This document shows positions 6,750 to 14,862 of a DNA stretch of 24,000 nt, in pieces; the stretch's first letter is position 1, and every line of letters begins with the position of its first letter. The notes beneath the pieces were generated by a model. It was not told where the DNA came from and did no database searches. It saw only the letters and a program-made list of their open reading frames with translations. The stretch spans positions 5,329-29,328 of the forward strand of contig DIWP01000002.1 of assembly GCA_002423545.1 (NCBI GenBank). Reading direction: 5' to 3'. Source of the DNA: Thermoleophilia bacterium UBA6103 (lineage in GTDB: Bacteria > Actinomycetota > Thermoleophilia > UBA2241). Made by a program: the position numbers and the translations under genes.

Positions 6750-9388
6750 GGCGCCCCTCTCTGCTCGACGGCGTCCAGCATGCGCTGGGCGGCGGCCAGC
6801 TCGGCGTCGCGGCCGCCGGTCAGGATGCCGCCGATCTTGAGCCTCAGCAGGCTGGCCAGCACGCGTCCGATGGCCGGCGACTCCGCGTATCCCAGCTGAC
6901 GCAGGTCGGCGCCGTCGACCTCGAGCCGCACATGGCGGAGCCGGTCGAGATACACGGCCAGCCGACGCGCCACGGCGCCGCCGCGGTCGAGCGTCATCGC
7001 CACCAGGACCGCCTCGAGCGGCGCCTCGCCGGCCACATCATGCACGTCGGCGTCGGCAGGACTCGTGCGCACCCGCTCGAGCAGCAGGCGCCCGACGACG
7101 AACGCCCGTGCCAGGACGCCGGCATCGGTGCGCCGGATGCGCATGCGGTCGGCCCACTCGAGGATCTGCGCCGGCTCCACGTCGCGCAGCATCAGTGCCA
7201 GGCGTAGACGCCACAGCGGCATCTCGCCGACCAGGCCGTGGCGCAGCCACAGCGTGTCGGTGGCCCGGATCAGCTCGCGGGTCGCCTGGCCACCGGAGAT
7301 GCCGGGGTGCACGACGCGGTCGAGCCGCAGCTCCCGGAGCCGGCGCAGGGCGTGCTCGACGCTGCGTTCGCGCAGGATGAGGACCAGCTCGTCGCGCAGG
7401 CGGGCCGACGAGAGGTCACCGACCAGCTCCATCTCACTGCAGGCACGGGCCAGCGCGATCGTCCGGGCATCCATGCGGAACCCGTAGCGCGTCTCGTAGC
7501 GCACCCCCCGGAAGATCCGCGTGGGGTCTTCGATGAAGCTCAGATTGTGCAGCACGGCGAGCCGGCGCGCAGCGAGGTCCTGCAGCCCGCCGAACGGATC
7601 GTAGAGCGTGCCGTAGTCCTCGCTGCTGAGGCTCACCGCCATGGCGTTGATGGTGAAGTCCCGGCGCGCCAGATCGCTGCGCAGCGGCGCCGGCTCCACG
7701 CGGGGCAGGGCCGCCGGGTAGTCGTAGAGCTCGGTGCGGGTCGACGCCACGTCGACGCGCAGCGCCTCGCCGCCACCCTCCTCCCCGGCGATCACGACCG
7801 CGGTGCGGAACTTGGGGTGCGCACGCACGTGGCCGCCGAGCCGCCGGGCGAGCTGGTGGGCGAACGCGATGCCGTCGCCCTCCACGGCGATGTCGATGTC
7901 GAAGGTGCGTTCCCGCAACAGCACGTCGCGCACGGCGCCGCCGACCAGATACGCGCCCTGGTACGACGTCGCGAGGGCCTGGATAGCCTCGAAGAGATCG
8001 TCCAGGCCCAGATCCTCCAGCCGCGGCGCCAGCGTCGGACCTTCGGGCAGATGACGCCTGCCGGCCTCGGGCGGCATGCCGAGGACGTCGCGTCCGCGCA
8101 CCAGTCCGAGCACGTCGCCGGCGTGCAGCGGCGCCTGCCGGCCGGCGCGGTGGACGACCAGGTGACCGGTCGGGCTGCCGGCCGCCTGCTCCACGAGACC
8201 GACCGCCGGGGCGGCGGCGCTGACGGCCGGCACGGTGCGGCTCATCACCGCCTTGACCGGCGCATGCCCGAGCCCGTGGCCCGCCGCCCGTCGCAGATCG
8301 TCTTCGCCGACGCTGCCCACGATCAGGCCGTCTTCGACCACCAGCGCTCCGGCGACGTCCTCGCGGCGGCAGAGGATGAGGGCGTGGTCGATGCTGTCGT
8401 CAAGGTCCACCAGCGCCGCCGGCCGCGAGACCAGTTCGGCGGCCCGACGCCCGTGCTGGGACGCATTCCGCACGGCTGCCGCGACGGTATCCGCGACGCT
8501 CTGCGGGTCACGGTCGCGGACCACGGCCGAAGCGGCTGCCGGGTGGCCGCCGCCGCCGACAGGCTGCAGAGCTGCGGCCACGTCGACGCCGCCGAGGCGG
8601 CTGCGGGCGACGACGAAGACCCGTGCCTCCATGCCGAGCACCAGGATGAACGCGTCGGCGCCGGTCACGTCGATGAAGCGATGGGCGATGACGGCGATCT
8701 CTTCCACATAGCGGTCCCAGCTCAGGGCGGCGATGAGGACGTTCTCGCCGATGCCCGGCACCGGCGTGGCCGTCTGCAGGGAGCGGGCCAGCAGCTGGCG
8801 CTGATCGCCCGACAGCGGATGGTGCAGGAAACGCTCGATGAGCGCCGTGGAAGCCCCGCGCTGCATGCAGAACGCCAGCGCTTCCGCGTCACGCTCCGTC
8901 GTGGTGGTGAACGTCAATGAGCCGGTGTCCTCGTGGATGCCGAGCGCGAACACGGTGGCTTCCAGCGGCGAGATCGGGATGCCGCGCTCGGCGAGGATGC
9001 GCAGGAGGAGTGTCGTCACGGCGCCGTCGTCGGTGGAGATGATGTGCGCGCCGGGCACCGTGCCGGCGTCCGCGTGCAGCGGGTCGTGATGGTCGAACAC
9101 CACCACGTCGATCCCGGGACGTTTCAGCAGCGGTCCCAGCTCCCCCAGGCGATTGGCGTCGGCCGTCTCGATAAGGATGAGGCGCTCGACCGCCTCCGGC
9201 TCGATGTCGTCGGCGCTGATGAACCCGAAGCGGTCGCCGTAGAGGTGAGCGAAGCGGCGGACGTTCTGGTTCAAGGCCCCGCTGAGGCAGATGCGGGCAC
9301 GCGGATACAGGCGCGCCGCGGCGACGGCGCCGGCGAGGGCGTCGAAGTCGGTGTTGGTGTGGGCGGCGATGACCTCGCTGACATGCAT
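6746..9388 (-). CDS. Multidomain protein: DHH/DHHA1 phosphoesterase, a CBS pair, and a class II tRNA nucleotidyltransferase (CCA-adding / poly(A) polymerase family).
   Basis: DHH motifs are HTNTDFDA, ETAD, FDHHD and HEDTG. The DHHA1 motif is GGGGHP. Two CBS-like segments follow. The nucleotidyltransferase motifs are YLVGGAVRD, FDIDIAV, RRDFTINAM and EDPTRIFRGVRY. The start is ambiguous: I prefer ATG 9388 (MHVSEVIAAHTNTD...), while the track uses GTG 9418. Confidence 0.85.
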   Translation of the reverse strand: MHVSEVIAAHTNTDFDALAGAVAAARLYPRARICLSGALNQNVRRFAHLYGDRFGFISADDIEPEAVERLILIETADANRLGELGPLLKRPGIDVVVFDHHDPLHADAGTVPGAHIISTDDGAVTTLLLRILAERGIPISPLEATVFALGIHEDTGSLTFTTTTERDAEALAFCMQRGASTALIERFLHHPLSGDQRQLLARSLQTATPVPGIGENVLIAALSWDRYVEEIAVIAHRFIDVTGADAFILVLGMEARVFVVARSRLGGVDVAAALQPVGGGGHPAAASAVVRDRDPQSVADTVAAAVRNASQHGRRAAELVSRPAALVDLDDSIDHALILCRREDVAGALVVEDGLIVGSVGEDDLRRAAGHGLGHAPVKAVMSRTVPAVSAAAPAVGLVEQAAGSPTGHLVVHRAGRQAPLHAGDVLGLVRGRDVLGMPPEAGRRHLPEGPTLAPRLEDLGLDDLFEAIQALATSYQGAYLVGGAVRDVLLRERTFDIDIAVEGDGIAFAHQLARRLGGHVRAHPKFRTAVVIAGEEGGGEALRVDVASTRTELYDYPAALPRVEPAPLRSDLARRDFTINAMAVSLSSEDYGTLYDPFGGLQDLAARRLAVLHNLSFIEDPTRIFRGVRYETRYGFRMDARTIALARACSEMELVGDLSSARLRDELVLILRERSVEHALRRLRELRLDRVVHPGISGGQATRELIRATDTLWLRHGLVGEMPLWRLRLALMLRDVEPAQILEWADRMRIRRTDAGVLARAFVVGRLLLERVRTSPADADVHDVAGEAPLEAVLVAMTLDRGGAVARRLAVYLDRLRHVRLEVDGADLRQLGYAESPAIGRVLASLLRLKIGGILTGGRDAELAAAQRMLDAVEQRGAP

Positions 9389-9394
9389 GACCGC

Positions 9395-9400
9395 AGTATA
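9395..9400 (-). promoter_or_regulatory. Candidate -10 hexamer (TATACT) placed for a leaderless transcript of the DHH-CBS-nucleotidyltransferase gene.
   Basis: The minus strand reads GCGCATATACTGCGGTCATGCAT. TATACT ends 6 nt before ATG 9388, and there is no SD. I found no good -35 element. Confidence 0.3.
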
Positions 9401-9503
9401 TGCGCCGTCATCGCGCACGCCGTGGAACAGGGTGTGCGGTCACCGTGGCGCGGAGGGGCTGCCGAGACCGCTGAGACCGCAGCAGCCGCGGCGTCGGCCG
9501 CTC

Positions 9504-11672
9504 TCAGGCCCGCAACAGCCAGCCGACGCGTCGCCCGAAGGCTTCGCGCACGGCGGCCGCCAGGGCGGCGTTTGAGGGCGCCGCCAGCAGCGGATCGTCG
9601 CGCAGGGTGCGCCGCGCCGCCGCCCGGGCACGATCGATGGTCGCCCTGTCGCGTACCAGCCTGGTCAGGCGGAGATCACCGACGCCCGCCTGGCGGGCGC
9701 CGAGCACGCTGCCCTCACCGCGGATCTCCAGGTCGCGATCGGCGAGCTCGAAGCCGTCACTGCTGGCTTTCAGGGCTCCGAGGCGAGCCCTGGCCTGGTC
9801 GGTCTCGGGCCGCGCGAAGAGCAGGCAGTACGATCGGGCCTTGCCGCGACCGACACGTCCCCGGAGCTGGTGGAGCTGGGCCAGGCCGAAGCATTCGGCA
9901 TCTTCGATGATCATGATCGTGGCGTTGGGGACGTCGATGCCGACCTCGATGACGGTGGTGGCCACCAGCACCTGCGTGTCCCCCGACTTGAAGGCGCGCA
10001 TGGTCGTCTCACGATCGGCCGGTCTCATCTGTCCATGCAGCACGGCGAGCCGGTAGCCGCGCAGCTCGCCGGCGGCCAGGCGTTCGGCTTCGTCGACGGC
10101 CGCCGCCGCCGTGCGCGACTCGGAGCCCTCGATGGTGGGACAGACCACGTAGGTCTGCCGGCCCGCATCGAGGTGCTTGCGCGTGAAGGCGTAGGCATCG
10201 TCGCGCTTCTCTTCCGGTACCACGCGCGTGACGATCGGCTGACGGCCTGTCGGCGGCGCCGCGATGACCGTCATGTCGAGGTCGCCGAAGAGCGTCAGGG
10301 CCAGCGTCCTGGGGATCGGCGTAGCCGTCATGTAGAGCACGTGCGGGGCGTGGCCCTGCGCCGACGCCCGCCGGGCGAGCTCGTCGCGCTGGACCACGCC
10401 GAAGCGGTGCTGCTCGTCGACGACGATGGCCGCCAGGGAACGGAACCGCACATCCGCCTGAAAGAGCGCATGTGTGCCGACGATCAGCTGTGTGCGGCCG
10501 CTCTCCAGGCGAGAGAGGACGGCGCGGCGACGGGCCGCCGGCAGACCGGCGATCAGCAGCTCGCAGGACACCAGGTCGCCGACCAGCTCGTGGACCGTCG
10601 CCAGATGCTGCCCCGCCAGGGTCTCAGTGGGCACCAGCAGGGCGCCCTGGTGTCCGGCTGCCGCGGCGCGCAGCAAGAGATGGAGGGCGACGACGGTCTT
10701 GCCGGACCCGACGTCGCCCTGCAGCAGGCGCCGCATCGGCGTCGTCGTGGCCACGTCCGCATCGATCTCGGCCACCGCTGCCTTCTGGTCGGCCGTCAGG
10801 GCGAACGGCAGCCGCTGCTCGAAGGCGGTCGCGGCGCCGGAGCCGTCCGCCAGCGGCTGCGCCGCCAGACGCCCCTGTTCGCGAGCCTTGTGGGCCAGCA
10901 ACCCCACCTGCAACAGGTACGACTCCTCGAAGACGAGCCGCGCCCGCGCCGTTCTGCCGACGTCGGGGTCGCGCGGGGCGTGGACCGCCAGAACGGCATC
11001 GGCGCGCGTCGGGAGACCGTGCTCGATGCGCAGCCATGCGGGCAGGGGGTCGGGCAGACCCCGGGCTGCCGGCAGGACGGTGCGTACGAGTGTACGCAGC
11101 GTTCGCGCTGAGACTGCCTCTCCCGCCGGGTAGACCGGCACGACCCCCTCGGTGTGCAGCGTCTCCTCGCTCGCGGCGAGTATCTCGTGGCTCTTGACGA
11201 CGAACGAGGGGCGTCCGCCGCGGGCCGTTAGCGTGCCGCGCAGGCTGAGGGTCATGCCCGGCTCCAGCGCCTCCGCCAGCCAGGCCTGATTGAACCAGAT
11301 CGCCTCGCTGACTCCGGACGGATCGCGGACGCAGGCACGCACGACCTGCAGGCCTTTGCGCCGTCCCTTCGTCAGGGCGACGCGCTCCACGGTAGCCCGT
11401 ACGGTCGCCTCCTCGCCGATCTTCAGGGAGCCCAGATCGCGCCGGTCGCGGTAGTCGTCGTAGCGGCGCGGGTAGTGCTCGAGAAGATCGCCGACCGTGC
11501 TCAGGCCGAGCTCGCGCAGGCGGCGCGCGATCGCCGGCCCGACACGGGCCACAGACGTGAGCGGCAGGGCCAGCCGTTCGGGGCGCAGGAAGAGACGGGG
11601 CTGCGGCGGCGTGCCCGGGAACGGCTTGCCGCCGAGCTGCAGCGGCGCTGGTCGGGGCACTGCCGCCGGCAC
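9504..11672 (-). CDS. recG: ATP-dependent DNA helicase RecG.
   Basis: 722 aa with Walker A (GDVGSGKT), VVDEQHRFGV, MTATPIPRT and QLHQLRGRVGRG, plus an N-terminal wedge/OB region. GTG 11672 is preceded by AAGGGAGGG. Confidence 0.95.
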   Translation of the reverse strand: MPAAVPRPAPLQLGGKPFPGTPPQPRLFLRPERLALPLTSVARVGPAIARRLRELGLSTVGDLLEHYPRRYDDYRDRRDLGSLKIGEEATVRATVERVALTKGRRKGLQVVRACVRDPSGVSEAIWFNQAWLAEALEPGMTLSLRGTLTARGGRPSFVVKSHEILAASEETLHTEGVVPVYPAGEAVSARTLRTLVRTVLPAARGLPDPLPAWLRIEHGLPTRADAVLAVHAPRDPDVGRTARARLVFEESYLLQVGLLAHKAREQGRLAAQPLADGSGAATAFEQRLPFALTADQKAAVAEIDADVATTTPMRRLLQGDVGSGKTVVALHLLLRAAAAGHQGALLVPTETLAGQHLATVHELVGDLVSCELLIAGLPAARRRAVLSRLESGRTQLIVGTHALFQADVRFRSLAAIVVDEQHRFGVVQRDELARRASAQGHAPHVLYMTATPIPRTLALTLFGDLDMTVIAAPPTGRQPIVTRVVPEEKRDDAYAFTRKHLDAGRQTYVVCPTIEGSESRTAAAAVDEAERLAAGELRGYRLAVLHGQMRPADRETTMRAFKSGDTQVLVATTVIEVGIDVPNATIMIIEDAECFGLAQLHQLRGRVGRGKARSYCLLFARPETDQARARLGALKASSDGFELADRDLEIRGEGSVLGARQAGVGDLRLTRLVRDRATIDRARAAARRTLRDDPLLAAPSNAALAAAVREAFGRRVGWLLRA

Positions 11673-11681
11673 CGCCCTCCC

Positions 11682-12536
11682 TTACTCGGCGATGACCGAG
11701 TAGGCGCAGGCGCCGGGGCCGATGTGCACGCCGACGACCGATCCCGCCCATCCGGTGAACAGGATGCGGGCGTCCGGGCGCACGCCCAGAAGGATGTCGC
11801 GCAGCTTCTCTACCGCCCCCGGGCTGTCGGCCTGCACGATGCTCACGTAGAGCGTGTCCTTGGGGCCGGCATACTCAGCCAGATACTGCCCCATCGCCTC
11901 CCAGGCACGGCGCTCGCCGCGGATCTTGGCATACGGCGAGATGACGCCGTCGTAGGCTTGGATGATCGGCCTGATCCCGAGGACCCCGCCGACCATCTCC
12001 TGGGCCCGCCCGATGCGTCCACCGCGGCGCAGGTATTCGAGCGTCGCCGGCAGGATGGCCATACGGCCGCGATCCTGGAAGTGGCGGATGTACGAGCGCA
12101 GCTCCTCGAGCTCGATGCCCTCTTCGAGCTTGGTCTGCACCCGGTCGACCAGCAGACCGAGACCGCAGCACACGTTGCGGCTGTCCCAGATCTCGACCTT
12201 GTCGTTACCTTCGGCGGCTGTGGTCGCGGACTGGATGGTGCCGCTCAACTCCTGCGAGATGTGGATCGAGAAGATGTGCTCGTACTCTCCACCGAGCCGA
12301 TCGTAGACCTCGGCGAACTGGGCCACCGAGGGCTGCGACGAGGTCGGCAGGTCGCCGCCCTGCTTGAGGCGTTCGTAGAGCCTGGGTGGCGGCATCTCGG
12401 TGCCGTCGTCGTACAGCTCCGTGCCGAACACGACTTTGAGCGGTACCACGGTGATACCGCGTGCCGTCCAACGATCGTTGGGGTCGGCGGTAGAATCGGT
12501 CACCACGACCGTGTTCTCGGTGGTCAAGAGCGTCAT
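11682..12536 (-). CDS. degV: DegV-family fatty-acid-binding protein (FakB-type).
   Basis: 284 aa with the DegV N-terminus VVVTDSTADP and family-wide similarity. ATG 12536 overlaps the fakA stop as ATGA. Confidence 0.9.
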   Translation of the reverse strand: MTLLTTENTVVVTDSTADPNDRWTARGITVVPLKVVFGTELYDDGTEMPPPRLYERLKQGGDLPTSSQPSVAQFAEVYDRLGGEYEHIFSIHISQELSGTIQSATTAAEGNDKVEIWDSRNVCCGLGLLVDRVQTKLEEGIELEELRSYIRHFQDRGRMAILPATLEYLRRGGRIGRAQEMVGGVLGIRPIIQAYDGVISPYAKIRGERRAWEAMGQYLAEYAGPKDTLYVSIVQADSPGAVEKLRDILLGVRPDARILFTGWAGSVVGVHIGPGACAYSVIAE

Positions 12537-14155
12537 TCCGCTCCAATCAGGATCGGGTACAGGGGCTGGCCGCCGGCCTGGATGACGGCCTCGGCCTGGG
12601 GTAGGCGACGCGCCAGCGCGGCGGCGACGTCGTCGTCGGTGATGGACGCACCGTTGAGGCTGGTCAGCACGGTGACGACCTCGGGATCGTGGGCTTCCAG
12701 CCGGCCGAGGACATCGTCGAGGACACCGCCGACGTCCTCGCCGGTGGCGACGAGCGTCCCGTCGATGAGTCCTATGACCTGGTCCTTCTTGACGCTCAGG
12801 TCGCCGATGATGGAGTCACGCACGGCCACCGTGATCTCGGCGCAGTGCGCACGCGCCAGAGCCTGCGTCATCACGGCCGCGTTGGCCACCGCATCCTTGT
12901 CGGGATCGAATTCGACCATGGCGGTGAGCCCGGCGGGCATCGACTTCGAGGGCACGACGACGATGGTGCGCGTGCTCATGGTGGCCGCCTGCTCGGCGGT
13001 CAGGATGACATTGCCGTTGTTGGGAAGGACCACGACGTCGTCGCTGGGCAGACGGTCGATGACCTCCAGGAGCTGCGCCGCGCTGGGGTTCATCGACTGG
13101 CCGCCGTCGACGATCCCGGCGCAGCCGATCTCGCGGAAGAGCGCCTGGTTGCCGGCGCCGGCCACCACCGCCACGACGGCCGTCCGGCCGGCCCCGGGCG
13201 GCGAGCCGCCGGCCGAGCGAAGACGCGCGTCGCGCTCCCGGGTCTGAGCGTGCATGTCGTTGATCTCGACCTCGCTGAGGCCGCCGTGGCGGACCGCCCA
13301 CGTCAGGACGGCCCCCGGGTCGTCGGTGTGGACGTGGACCTTGAGCATCTCGGCGTCACCGACGAGCAGGGCGCTGTCTCCGATAGGAGCCAGGAAGCTC
13401 TCGAGCTCGCCCTTCGGCAGTCCGCTGCCGGTGAGCAGGAAGCTCGTGCAGTACCGGTAGCGCGACAGCTCGCTGGGTTCTTCGAGCGAACGCACGGCCG
13501 GAGCCCCCTCGGGGCGGGGACGCTGTCGGGCAGCCCTCGAGATCGCCGCCGGTGCTCCGTTGAGGACGGTCGCCAGGCCGCGGCAGATCACCAGCAGGCC
13601 GTAGCCGCCGGCGTCGACGACGCCGGCCTGGCGCAGTGCCGCCAGCTGCTGGGTCGTGCGTTCCACGGCGATGCGGCCGGCCGCCAGGATCGCATCGAGA
13701 GTGTCGGGCAGCGGCGTGTCGTCGGGCAGGTGCGAGGCGGCGGCCGACATCTCGCGGGTGACCGTGAGCATAGTGCCTTCGACCGGCTTCTTCACGGCGC
13801 GGTACGCCGCCGAGGTCGCCTCGGCGAACGCCTCCTTGAGCGTCGCGGTGGTAAGGACGCCTCCCGGCCGGCAGACGGAGCAGGCGCCGCGCACGATCTG
13901 CGAGAGGATCACGCCGGAGTTGCCGCGCGCGCCCATCAGCGATCCGCGGGTCACCGCCGCCGCGACGCCGTCGTCGAGGCTGCCGGCGCTGCGCTCCAGC
14001 TCTTCGCGGATGGCCCTGACGGTGAGCAGGAGGTTGGTCCCGGTGTCTCCATCCGGTACGGGGTAGACGTTCAGGTCGTTGATCAGCGACCGTTCCGCCT
14101 CGAGCTCCACCAGCGCCCCGTCGACGAGCGCCACTGCGAGGTCGTGCGCCGTCAC
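12533..14155 (-). CDS. fakA: DAK2-domain protein YloV / fatty acid kinase subunit FakA-like.
   Basis: 540 aa with the Dak2 motif LNVYPVPDGDTGTNL near the N-terminus and the C-terminal YloV-type domain. GTG 14155 overlaps the asp23 stop as GTGA. Confidence 0.9.
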   Translation of the reverse strand: MTAHDLAVALVDGALVELEAERSLINDLNVYPVPDGDTGTNLLLTVRAIREELERSAGSLDDGVAAAVTRGSLMGARGNSGVILSQIVRGACSVCRPGGVLTTATLKEAFAEATSAAYRAVKKPVEGTMLTVTREMSAAASHLPDDTPLPDTLDAILAAGRIAVERTTQQLAALRQAGVVDAGGYGLLVICRGLATVLNGAPAAISRAARQRPRPEGAPAVRSLEEPSELSRYRYCTSFLLTGSGLPKGELESFLAPIGDSALLVGDAEMLKVHVHTDDPGAVLTWAVRHGGLSEVEINDMHAQTRERDARLRSAGGSPPGAGRTAVVAVVAGAGNQALFREIGCAGIVDGGQSMNPSAAQLLEVIDRLPSDDVVVLPNNGNVILTAEQAATMSTRTIVVVPSKSMPAGLTAMVEFDPDKDAVANAAVMTQALARAHCAEITVAVRDSIIGDLSVKKDQVIGLIDGTLVATGEDVGGVLDDVLGRLEAHDPEVVTVLTSLNGASITDDDVAAALARRLPQAEAVIQAGGQPLYPILIGAE

Positions 14156-14508
14156 TCGCGGAGGTCCTCGACGAGTACGTCGACCTCGGAGACGCCGAGG
14201 CCGGTGGCCCGCTCGATCTGATAGGCGACCTGATCGCGCAGGATCGCGGTGACCTGGGCCACATTGACGCCGCGCTCCATGACGACGTGGAGTCGGACGT
14301 GGACGGCATCGCCGTCACGCTGGACCTCGACACCCTCGGTCAGGACGCCGCGGAACAGGTCTGCCACGCGGCGCATGGGAGCACTGTGGAGATCGACGAC
14401 GCCGTACGTGGTGCGGGCGGCGTAGGCGGCGAGCTTGGCGATCGCCGAGTCCGCGAACGCGACGCCGCCCTGTGGTCCGTCGTCCTGTCCTCCAGGATGC
14501 GCGCGCAT
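14152..14508 (-). CDS. Asp23/Gls24-family envelope stress protein (YloU-like).
   Basis: 118 aa. FADSAIAKLAAYAARTTYGVVDL and the C-terminal V.V.V.DL pattern are typical of Asp23. Its position directly upstream of yloV/fakA matches Firmicutes. Confidence 0.88.
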   Translation of the reverse strand: MRAHPGGQDDGPQGGVAFADSAIAKLAAYAARTTYGVVDLHSAPMRRVADLFRGVLTEGVEVQRDGDAVHVRLHVVMERGVNVAQVTAILRDQVAYQIERATGLGVSEVDVLVEDLRE

Positions 14509-14517
14509 CGCCGTCAG

Positions 14518-14772
14518 CTACACCTCCCCCCGCCCCTTGCCGTCCGGCGCTTGAAGATCCGGCAGCAAGGTGTTGAGCGCCGCCACGATCTCGTCGGGCT
14601 CCACACGGTGCATGATGGCGCCGGCTTCGATGCTCTCCATGCTGGCCCCGATACACGTCGAGCAAGCCATGCCGTGCGTCTCGAACACCACACGCACGTC
14701 CGGATGCAGCCCGAGCGCCGCGATGATGGACATGTCTTTGTGGAAGACGGTCACCCTGCCGCTGGTCTCCAT
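14518..14772 (-). CDS. Small DUF1858-type protein with a CxxC motif (hybrid-cluster-associated redox-disulfide domain family).
   Basis: 84 aa: METSGRVTVFHKDMSIIAALGLHPDVRVVFETHGMACSTCIGASMESIEAGAIMHRVEPDEIVAALN. This fits the DUF1858 pattern (I.KDM.I.E.L..HP....VF...GM.C.GC......T.EEA...HG.D...L...LN). The track ORF's 5' extension to 14982 runs antisense through rpmB and is rejected. The start could instead be the GTG 6 codons downstream. Confidence 0.7.
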   Translation of the reverse strand: METSGRVTVFHKDMSIIAALGLHPDVRVVFETHGMACSTCIGASMESIEAGAIMHRVEPDEIVAALNTLLPDLQAPDGKGRGEV

Positions 14773-14799
14773 GCTCCACAGGCGGCCACTGCAGACCGT

Positions 14800-14828
14800 T
14801 TGCCTTGCTGAAGCGCGTGTAGCATAAT
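14800..14828 (+). promoter_or_regulatory. Sigma-70-type promoter for rpmB.
   Basis: TTGCCT (14800-14805), a 17-nt spacer, then CATAAT (14823-14828). This is one of the few AT-rich hexamers in the window and lies about 35 nt upstream of the rpmB ATG. Confidence 0.5.
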
Positions 14829-14849
14829 GACGCCCCGCAACCGAATCAA
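14821..14849 (-). promoter_or_regulatory. Divergent sigma-70-type promoter for the DUF1858-asp23-fakA-degV operon.
   Basis: On the minus strand: TTGATT (14849-14844), a 17-nt spacer, then TATGCT (14826-14821). Its -10 overlaps the rpmB -10 on the opposite strand. Confidence 0.4.
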
Positions 14850-14862
14850 GCAAGGTCCTCGC

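Noticed and set aside
9464-9480. A direct repeat, GAGACCGC-T-GAGACCGC, in the recG to fusion-gene spacer, flanked by a GGCTGC/GCAGCC stem.
   Set aside because: It is only two 8-nt copies in an 85-bp GC-rich spacer, with no U-tract for a terminator and no recognisable operator symmetry. That is insufficient to call a feature.
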